From NCBI GenBank assembly GCA_051294375.1, contig CM119268.1, forward strand, positions 10,686,148 to 10,750,147: DNA of 64,000 bases. Reading direction: 5' to 3'. The notes below the pieces were generated by a model that did no database searches, was not told where the DNA came from, and worked only from the letters and a program-made list of their open reading frames with translations. Within the stretch, counting starts at the first letter, position 1, and every line of letters starts with the position of its first letter. Positions 53,701 through 64,000 of the stretch are shown here, one piece after another. The translations under genes were made by a program, and so were the position numbers. Origin of the DNA: Paraspadella gotoi. Lineage: Eukaryota > Animalia > Chaetognatha.

Positions 53701-56700
53701 TGAGTATGCGAATGGGTACAACTGAAGTTGACCATGTCTTCTGGATGAAAAAAAATTTTTCTTCAGTTTTTATTAAAAATTTTAGTATTGTACCAATAGA
53801 TAATGAGATACTCCATTGCTTGCCGGAAATTTTATTTAACAAAAATTTGTATCTGCGTAGTTCAAATCCTTATAGTTTCTTTAGAATTGGTAAAAAAAGT
53901 TATTTTCTTGAATTAACTTTTGAAAGAAAAAAGATTAGCAATGGTGGCCATGGTATCAAATTAAAGCCCTATCATGGACATCTTTCAAAATAGTTTTTAT
54001 TATATTTATTCCATAATTTATTTAACAGCTTTTTTTAATTAGGGTTAAAAGTATAACAGTTTTTGCATTAAAATTCAATGAAGGCATATGAATTTTTTAT
54101 TTTTCTTTTGTAATTTGAGAAATAGGAAAGACTAAATTACATTTTGATCCAGTTAAATTTTTTTTCACTGCATAAATTGGCTTGTATTTTTCAGTTAAAG
54201 TAAAAACAGCACAATTGTTGTATAGCCTTGGATAAAATGTCTTTTTAAATATTAAAAATGATAAATATAAAAATGTATTCAGCTTAGAACTAAACAGTCT
54301 GGATGTCTACCTTCTTCTCTGTGAAAAAAAATCGTCATTTTCTTTTTCTCTATAACTGCATAACACAAAAGCTGACACACTGCTTGTTCTAGTCATTATA
54401 AAATTTTAAAAAATTACATAGCTGGCAACATAATTTGTACAAAGCAAGACATATATTGTGTTTATATCATGTATTGATAATTCTTCTTTTAATATAAACA
54501 ACTTATATACTAGAAATTGTAATTCTAATTATTTATCATCCATTTTAATAAGAAAAAAAAATTTCGCGTAATAGCAATGGAAAGGCTGTTCATTGTATGA
54601 CTTAATGATCGAATTTTTTAGGTTTTCTTTACTGCCCCCATTTTCACAAGACATAAAAGGTCATGATTATCATGTGTTCGATGTCCAGATTATCTCTATT
54701 ACTCTTTCCTGCAACCTGCATTCTGAATTTTCTTTTTTTCTCTTTCAAATGTATTAAATCAAAAAAAAAATATTATTTAGAAACGATCAGTGTGGAGGAT
54801 GTCTATTGGTTTAAGCCTTAGTTTACCCACTTCCCCGATGGAATTTTAAACGAGTTTTTTTCCATTTATTCGAGATTATAATACTAACGTATTTAGTATT
54901 GTTTCATAGCCTCAGCACTAGAATTTCCCTCACTCCAGAACGCCCATGTGATAACGTGATGTAGTGTAGAGTTAAAACTTCAGTAACAGTAATAACATAA
55001 CAAACATATTTTCATAGTTTCATTCAATAACATACTTAGGTAGGCATTCTCCGGGAGTGTGAACAAGTTATTGTTAATCTTCTGCCGCAGGTTTGAATCC
55101 TGGCGCCTCTAAAACTCAGTATCAACCTTTTCTAATCCTTGACGAACGCTAAGCAAAGATCATTGTTTTTACGTTACGACGCCAGATTTCACGCTGCGCA
55201 CGACCCCTCTCTTAACACTCCCCCCTGTCGTACACGGACACTAATCACAGAGACGGTCTGTCCACACCCGCTGCTCTTGTCCTGTGGCAGTAGAGCCGTC
55301 TGCAATTTGTCATCAGCATGCAACCCGGTTTTTATCCCCCCATGAGTTTTCGGCTCCGCTTGATGACCCCATTGAAGCACCGCTGAACGGGCTCAGCTTA
55401 GCATCTCCTTTGAACCCCAGCAACTCAGTTGGCTCCAAATTTGATGGAGGCGCCAAACTTCCCCCCGTCGGCATCCCGAACGCCACCGACTCCGGGATTC
55501 GTCGATCTGCGTTGTCTCGACGATTTTTGGGCAAACCGGCGTCGTCTCCTTTGATGATGCCACTGCTTATTGTCGCTCCCCCGTTGCGTTCATGGGCCCC
55601 GATTTTTCGATGTCGTTCTCCTTTTTGCGTTCAATCATCTTGTCTGGTGGTTGTTACTTCAGTGCATTGGCTGAGGTCAACAGAAAGAGATGAGGGTGCG
55701 ATGTTTGGGTGCAGAAACCGATCACCATTGAAGTTTCTTTCTTGATTCCTCCCCCCTCTTGTTATCACAGATTAATCAATTTGTCTCAAACTTTGCATCA
55801 CTCAGTTTCACGTCTTTTTCAAAACTTTGTTCAAGCCTTAGTTCAAGCCTCTTCAAATTTTTATTAACTTCAGTCTTTAAATTTGTGTACTTTCGTGGTT
55901 CATTGCTGGACCAACGAATAAAACGAATCCTAATTACAGCCCCATCCATTGCTTCTCTTTTTTTACTTCTTTTGGTATAGTTGCAAGGTCCACAAACTTA
56001 TAATAAAATGTTTTTTGTTTGACACAACTCCACTGTTGTCGTCTCTCTGAGCCAAAGAAGACCTTTACTTTTCCCTCATAGGGTTCCTTCCTTCAACTCA
56101 TGTCCATGCTATACACATCCAAGCCTTTATTGAATGTGTCATTAATTTTAAACAATTCCAGAGTTTTTCCTTTTCACTCCAGAAAATTTCACTTCACACC
56201 CATCCTCTTGAATGTGAGTCCTCAAACAAAATTTTAGTTTCCACCTCCATACTTTCTTCAGCTGCCTCCAAGCAGTAAGATAAAGGATTCCTCCCCTCCT
56301 CCTCCTCTCGTCTTTCTTCTTTCTTATCTTTTACGAGTATCATAACGATTATTGGTCAAATATTTTAATCAATATTAGCAAGTTTTAATGTGAGACCAAG
56401 CTAGCCAGATTAGTAATTTTTTTTTTTTTTTTTTCATTTTTTCATTTTTTCATTGAAGACTGATCTTGTAGGCCGCAATGTTTCATTGATCATTAGTTTC
56501 ATCATTTAAATCGTCATATTTTTTCTCTTTATCTACAAAGTAGAGGCGATTTTAAACTGTAGTGAAGGAGTTTCCGTGATACTAAGTTGGATCAAACCGT
56601 GTGTCATTAAACCGTTAATCTTATACATTTTCCATCTTTATGGATCTCCTTTATTTCATACGAGGATTTATAGACAATTATACAATGAAAGCAGCAGGTG

Positions 56701-59168
56701 AGGCTCCCCGACGCTCTTCATGTGAATGACCTTGTAATCTACACAACAGGAAACTGTCCCATGAGATTGATTGTACAGCAAGCCTTCAACACTCAACAGC
56801 TTGAAGTTAAGCTCAAAGGATTGAATTGCAAAAATTTCTCCTTTCACACAAATGATACAGCGCCCAGCTAATGGCCAGCAATTCAGTGTTCAACAATGGC
56901 ATTTTAATTGCATTTCTCCGAACGTCTTCACGATTACAGGCGGATGGGTGGCCGATTGATCTCTCCTCGTTTCTCCTTTGACAGTTTCTTCCGCAACCTT
57001 TCCACAACTTTTTCCGCATCCTTTACCGACAACTTCTTTTCGCGACTCTTTCCGCAACCTCTTCCACAACTTTTTTCCTCAATCTTTTTCCGCAACGTCA
57101 TTTGAAACTTCTTGCGGCAGCAACTCTTTCATCAGCAGCACTCTTTTTGCAGGAAATTCTTCGCAGCGGACTTTCTTTAGCAGCAGCTTCTTTGCAGTAA
57201 CGTCTTCTACAGCAGCCTTTTCAAACGCAGATTCTTCAGCAGCATCGTCTTCAGCGGCATCTTTTTTTAGCCAGCAACTTCTTCTGCAGACAGCTCGTGA
57301 CAGGCTTCTCACGCAACAGCCTCAGCTTCTTTATTGGTTTTTTCGCATGCGGCCGGCGGTGCAATCAGGATCGGCGCGCCCATTCATTTTCGGCAGAGGT
57401 TCCTCGTCGGATCGGATCGGCGGTCAGGCAATTCCGTTTTTTGCCGTCGTCCTCTCCAATAACTCCTTCGTTGAGACTTCTTTGTTCGTCCGCCTTCCAT
57501 CTGCCCATCCACTTGACTCAGCCAGAACCTTTCAAGTCTCTGTCTCTCCTTGTCTTTCTTCAAGTTTTATGTTAACTGACATATAAAATTCTCCTTCTCT
57601 ATTTGCCTTTCCTCCACCTTCATTATTCTTTCTTCGCGTTTCTCTTTCGAATTTCTTATCAATTTTTCTTCCAAGCTCATCCTCTTTACATCCACCCCGT
57701 CTTGCTCTCTCCTTTTCGTATTCTATATTTCGTTCGTTCTTTCTCTTCTTCTATCGCTATAACACTCTTTCTCTGCCATTTCTAGTCCATTGAACCAACT
57801 TGGAGAATCATCTCGCAAGCCGGATTGAGACGACGTTCGTTACCATAGTCTAGCTTTTGAGACGGTTTGACGCTGATCTTGTCGGCTCTCAAGACGGTGC
57901 AAGACTCTTGTCGTGGACTTTGGCTGACGAGCGACCATCGGCGACGTCGCCATCCAATGCTAGATGTCTCTAAACGATGTGTTCTCGGCGAGGCGCCTCG
58001 AGACCCGTCCCTTATCGTAGCTCCTCTTTGGATCTCACGCGATCAAGGTTAATGATCTGCTGCCTCTGCTTGCTGCTCTTCGGCCTCGATTAGGTTTATT
58101 AGATTAATTTGTTGAATTTAGGAATTATGTTTAGTTTAATTTAATCCCCCCGGATTATATGACATATAAGTTTTTTAATATTAGTATTGTTCATGCCTCA
58201 GCACTAGAATTTCCCTTCACTCCAGAAACGCCCATGTTGTAACGGTGAGTGTAGTGATAGAGCTTAAAAACCTTCAGTAACAGCTAATAACATTAACAAA
58301 CATATTTCTCATAGTTCATGTCATAACATACTTAGTAGCATTTCTCCGGGGAGTGATGAAAAAGTTATTAGTTAATCTCTGCCGCAGCGTTTGAATCCTG
58401 GCGCTCTAACTCAGTATCAACTTTTCTCATCCTTGACGAACGCTAAAGCAAAGATCATTAGTTTACGTTACGACGCCAGATTTTCACGCCGCGCACGACC
58501 TCTCTTAACACTACACTCATTGGTTAATATTAATATTTATATTGCTTACATGATATTTTGCGTAATCAGAGAAACGTTTTAGCTCGTGTCAAAAATATTG
58601 GATAAATAAGAGTAAACGTCTCTGACAAATAAAAAAAATTTATAGAGGAATCTAAGAAGCTGTTTTAAAAGTTTAGTTAGTTTTTTTGTGTTTTTTTTGT
58701 GTTTATTGCTGCTTAGAATTAATTATCTCTTCTCGACTAAAACATGCCAGTATTTTATATTATATTTTATAATATATTATATTACATCTCGTCTTTCACG
58801 AGTTACTGACTCAGTAATCTTTCTCCCTTATCTTGCCACTTCCCATTCGACGTTGCCACAACCCGCCGTCTGTTGCCACCTGCCCCATTATGCGCCAAGG
58901 ATTGTGTTCATCTCATTTATTTCTTTCTTCCGGAGAAACAGTGCAAGATGGCGAGGACGACGACGACGACGACGACGACGGAGGGCAAAGACGACGACGA
59001 CGACGACGACGACGACTACTTTGACGAGGGACTGACAGAAGTAATCAAAAATAATCGTCGGTCCTCGAAACCACAGGCGGGGTTTAATTCTAAAACGAGG
59101 AAAAGGATTGGTAAGGGAAGTGGAGGAAAGAAAAATGAGAGAAGAGAGAGAGATGAGATGAGAGAGAG

Positions 59169-59199
<31 letters not shown>

Positions 59200-60045
59200 C
59201 GTGTGAAAGCGAGTGTGGCTCCCGATTTAATTTGACGCGAAAACTGGAGTTAATTCTGTTCGTGAATGAGGAATCGTTCATCACAGGAAGACCGCGCCTC
59301 CTCGTGTGAAAAGAAAGGAGTGAACGGAGGCCGAGGAAGAAAAAAACTGTGAAGAAGTGTGAAGAGTGAAGGAATACGGGTTAAATTGTGAATAAAATCT
59401 AAAGGACTTTTAGGGGATTTGGGGGAAAGGAGAGACAGAGATGTGATGAGGAGTGTGAGGAAAAAAGTAGGGAGAGGGGAAAAAGTAGGGAGAGGGGAAA
59501 AAGTAGGGAGAGGGGAAAAAGAGCTTCCATGAAAGAGAAAAAAAAATAGAAAAAAAAAAGGATAAAAGAAAATTGGGAAACTGGAAGAAATTAGGAAAAG
59601 AGGAAGAGGAAGAAAGTTTGAGTGAAATAGTAAAAGGATTTTACAGAGACTAAAGAAATTGAAAAAGGGAGGATAAAAAAAAAGGAAGAAATAATGGAAA
59701 GAAAAAAAAAATGATCGAAAAAAATATATTGTACTATGATGAAACGAATTTATGGAAAAGAAAGGAGTGATCCAGAAAGAGAGAACAAAACGGGAGAAAA
59801 TAAAGGTTCTGTTGTAGTGTTTACGACATCATAAGCTAACGGAAATGAAAAATTCACCGAGAGAATAATAATAAAAAAAAATCAATCCGAAATTCCGAAA
59901 AGAAGAAAGAGACCTCTTGCGAGAATAAAGGGAGAATCTTTCCTCTTCTTTCTTCTCACTTTAAAAAAAAAGACATGAAATGTTATTTCTCTCCTTGAAA
60001 ATATGTTTGTTTACAAACAAACCCGACTGGAGACAGAATGAAAAA

Positions 60046-60084
<39 letters not shown>

Positions 60085-62082
60085 CGGGAGAGAGATCTTT
60101 TCCTTCTTTTCCTTGAAAAAGAGTAGAGGAATAGTCCTTCTGTGTTTGTTTACTAATTACTCTCTTTTGTTATGCTTCACTCGAGCCTCGTTTTTTTTTT
60201 CAGGGACAAAACCATATTTTTTCCCCCCTTCTTCTTCGCCAGAGACTAAAAACATATTTCGACTCTTTTTTTTTTCTTTTTTTAATTCATACGTTGGATT
60301 ATAATTATTTTCGCCTCGGACTTCAGTTTCGTTTAAAAAAAAAAAAAAATGTTTTAAAACATGGAAAAAAAGAGGGAAAGAAATAGAACCCAAGTTTTAA
60401 AAATAAATAACAAGAGAGGCTCTCGCCGACGTAATAAAAGAAAATAATAATAAATAAAAGGAAGGAAAAAAAAAAGAACTGGGGAAAAAATGGCCGTCGG
60501 TGCTGGCTGAGGACAATAAAAACGCTTCAATGGCTGCCTCTCTTACGCCAAAAGCAAGAGTGGGGGCGGGGGGGGGGTAGGTTGGTGAAATTCCCGGGAC
60601 GATATGAGTGGAGGGAGGGAGGGGAGAAGCTCTACCGTGACTGTAATCGTGTCAGAGGTTGGAAAGAAATAGAATAGTGTTAGGTGGAGAAGAGGGTTGG
60701 ACGTGACTGGTGAGGTGGTGCGGTACGGTGTGGCGAGTTGGGATGTGTGAGAAGGTGGTGATAAAGGAGGAGGAAGCTGATTAGAAAATGGGCTTCTGTC
60801 AGGCAGATCTCATTCCGCAAAGCCCATCCTTCTGGGGGGGGNNNNNNNNNNNNNNNNNNNNNNNNNNNNNNNNNNNNNNNNNNNNNNNNNNNNNNNNNNN
60901 NNNNNNNNNNNNNNNNNNNNNNNNNNNNNNNNNNNNNNNNNNNNNNNNNNNNNNNNNNNNNNNNNNNNNNNNNNNNNNNNNNNNNNNNNNNNNNNNNNNN
61001 NNNNNNNNNNNNNNNNNNNNNNNNNNNNNNNNNNNNNNNNNNNNNNNNNNNNNNNNNNNNNNNNNNNNGAGGCAGGCTTTGCTAACGTGGTTCCATCTTC
61101 GGCTAATCACCTCTTTTGTCACTTATGTACGTTTCTATTCTGGGCCTTCGAGAGGCTTTATGCTCGCAATCACGGCTCTCCCTTCTTTGCGCGAGACGCA
61201 GCCGTCTCACCTCTCTTCTCTCTCTTTAATCTTTCCTCTCTCTTTAATCTTTCCTTTTTCTTTAATCTTTTTCTTCTCTTTAATCTCTCTTCTCTTTTTT
61301 TTTTTTAATCTCCTTGTTCTCATTTTTTTCCCGCTTTTCTCCTTTTATATCTCGCTCGAGCGCCGCTATTTAAGCTTTAGTTTCTTTCTTTTTAATTTTT
61401 TTTTAAAAACAAAATATTAATAGATCTTTTTCTCGTCTATTTATCTTTTCGATGATTATTCAAATTTTTTTTTCCTTTTTTTTTCTTTTGTTTTTGTTAA
61501 TTCTTTTTTGTTTTAATTCTTTTTCTGCACTAAAGTTATTTTCATTTTTTTCCCCATCTAATTTTTAGTTTTAGATATTCAACTATTTCAGTCTTTTTTT
61601 TTTCTCTTTACCATCTTTATTCTATGTATACATTCTTTTGAAGAGCAAGTACTATTGATTACATCACTTGATTACTTGTTAGGCTTCTTGATCCCCTAAA
61701 AATAATTGATGCATAAAAAGGTTTTCTCGCCTGCTACGCTTTCACCAAACTCCCTTCAATCTACCTGATACAATTTGTAGTACTCGGGCTTCTTGCTTTT
61801 CCCGTGCGCCGCTTGAGGGCAGTGGATGTCGATGGAATCTCCGAGTCGCACGTGGATGACGTAATCGCCGCCTGCGCCGCCGCCGCCGCCGCCGCCTTCG
61901 CCACCGTTGCCGCGCCGTGAAAACATTCGATTGGATTTATTCCAATAGATGGCGGGGAGACGCTGGTTGGTGGCGCCACCGTCGAGGGAGGAAAGGAGAA
62001 GGAACGCCGTTAGGGCGAGGCGCCGGAGCCAGATCGACGACGNNNNNNNNNNCGACGACGACGAAGACGGTGAGAATTTCAT
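50794..62082 (-). CDS. efn: Ephrin (Eph receptor ligand), four exons
   Basis: Minus-strand exons 62082-61765, 53058-52915, 51950-51840 and 51531-50794, all phase 0 with GT-AG introns. After a signal peptide it reads LPAIYWNKSN...VIHVRLGDSIDIHCP...EYYKLYQVTKAEYDSC...FDCAQP...FARFSPLPQGLEFEPGQDYHFISTS...GGVCKTHHMKVTFRV, with all four ephrin cysteines. A 10-N gap lies in exon 1. Confidence 0.93.
54892..58510 (-). mobile_element. Degenerate LTR retrotransposon in ephrin intron 1
   Basis: Direct repeats of about 325 bp (54892-55217 and 58181-58510) begin TGTTAAGAG on the minus strand. A polypurine tract GGGGGGAG abuts the 3' LTR. There is an internal RNase H-like fragment, ELLAISWALYHL, and the internal ORFs are heavily frameshifted. 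PBS and TSD were not resolved. Confidence 0.8.
60842..61068. other. Assembly gap (further gaps at 62043-62052 and 63033-63400)
   Basis: Runs of N. Confidence 1.
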
Positions 62083-64000
62083 GGTGTCGATAGAAATCGT
62101 CGGGTCGGATCGATCACCAAGAAACAAGCAATAATTTTGCAATCAGCGAATCGGGAGGAGGAAAAATGTTTGGTCCTGTTTGCTGCTCGAGGGGGGGGGG
62201 AAATGTGCTCGTTTCCTCGTCGCCGGATAAAAAAAAGCTTAGTTTAAAATGTAGTAAACAAACTTTTTTGGGTTCGAACTTGTCCTATTCTCGCGTTTTG
62301 CATAAGCTTGGGCGAAAGCGCTCGACCGCTTGTTTGTTTTCGATCTAGGTCCCACCTCCTTAGTGTATGCTTGGCGAATGCTTGAAAAAAAACATTACAC
62401 TCGGTGGATGCGAAGGAGAGGAAAGAATCGATTCGCGAGATTCTCTTTTATTTGTTTTCGACGAAAACAAATATTCCTTCCTCGGTTCCCTTGCGCCCTC
62501 TATTCTTTTTTTTCTGTTTCGTTTAGCGATAGGATTTTTAAATCTTTTGTTTTCTCTCTTTTTAGAGTTTTTTTTTGTGGAGAGTAAAAGGTGCCGAGAG
62601 ATGAGAAAAGTTTTTTTTTTAGTTTTAATAATTTTTTTTATAATTAAAAAATAATTATCTTTTTTTGGATATAATGAAAAAAATTGTTGAACGTTAGGGA
62701 ACTTAAAAAAAACCAAAATTTAATCCGAGGAATTCGTTTTATTAGAATCTGGGGATTTGTTTATTCCTTGCGACATCGAAAGTCCGTTTTCTGCTACAGC
62801 GTTGTCTCGATAAAAACGAGGAATGTTTTTATTTAGAAGCTAATCCATACAGAGTTATCCGATAATACTACATTTCTTTGTCCTTGCTCGTAACTTAATA
62901 CTACGAAGCGAGATACAGTTACAACGAGCTCGGGTTACGACTAAATCCGCCGACGTCGCGGTTCGTCTTTGGCGAACTCCGTTTATTCGATAAATCGGAT
63001 TTTAACGCTTCTTTCTTTTTTTTTTTTTTTTTNNNNNNNNNNNNNNNNNNNNNNNNNNNNNNNNNNNNNNNNNNNNNNNNNNNNNNNNNNNNNNNNNNNN
63101 NNNNNNNNNNNNNNNNNNNNNNNNNNNNNNNNNNNNNNNNNNNNNNNNNNNNNNNNNNNNNNNNNNNNNNNNNNNNNNNNNNNNNNNNNNNNNNNNNNNN
63201 NNNNNNNNNNNNNNNNNNNNNNNNNNNNNNNNNNNNNNNNNNNNNNNNNNNNNNNNNNNNNNNNNNNNNNNNNNNNNNNNNNNNNNNNNNNNNNNNNNNN
63301 NNNNNNNNNNNNNNNNNNNNNNNNNNNNNNNNNNNNNNNNNNNNNNNNNNNNNNNNNNNNNNNNNNNNNNNNNNNNNNNNNNNNNNNNNNNNNNNNNNNN
63401 NAAAAAAGATTAAAATCGGTTGAGAGTCGCGAAATTCAGAAATCCGATGCGAATCTGCGGAAAGGGAAAAAAATTGTTAAAAGTATCGTTAAAATGACAA
63501 ATGGTTGATTGCGTCGATAACGGCGATATTTATCCGGGTTAAAATATAGTATTATTCTACAATATTGTTAAGGAAATTTAAAAAAAAAAGTTTATTGTTC
63601 AGCTGGATTCGCCAACTTTTGAAGAAATGAGATCCCGAGTTACGTTTTTATTGCAATAAATTTTTTTATGAGAAAAAAAAAAGATAAATAAAAAAATACG
63701 AGAAAAAAAACCAATAAAAAGGAATGAAAATTCCATCGGATGTCATCGTCGTCGTTATCCTCCGAGGGTCCCGTCGAGCCAGATGGAGAGCGAGTGACGA
63801 GATGGAGTCAGTCTCTCTCTTTCTCTCTCTCCCTCCCTGTCTCTCTCTCTCTCTCTCTTCGCGTCGACCTTGAATGAGTTAACTCTCTCTATCCGTCTCA
63901 TTCTCTCACTCTCGTTCACGCGCGTCGGCGCCGTAGAAGAAGCAGCAGCGATGGAAAGCGTACCGGAGACTGTATGCTCTGGTATAGTTTCGGTGGTGGA

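Overview
Metazoan (probably invertebrate bilaterian) genomic DNA with GC-rich exons, AT-rich introns, many (CT/GA)n microsatellites and three N-gaps. By manual splicing I read six gene loci: the 3' cytoplasmic-tail exons of a Roundabout (Robo) receptor (+), an orphan disrupted terminal exon of usherin/USH2A (+), a complete 12-exon DUF229 gene (+), two tandem two-BIR, RING-less IAP paralogues with identical intron phases (+), and a four-exon ephrin (-). Mobile DNA comprises an RTE-X-like LINE fragment, three non-autonomous hAT-type elements with exact 8-bp TSDs (one a 2.15-kb foldback), a DINE-1/HINE-like element, MITE-like palindromes and a decayed LTR retroelement. The most notable signal is a set of SINE-like repeats from four sequence-divergent families (six copies, plus one weaker seventh). 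Each folds by eye into a circularly permuted (type P5) twister self-cleaving ribozyme, and the T1 pseudoknot and the P3, P4 and P5 stems covary between families. All calls were made by eye; no searches or folding programs were run.
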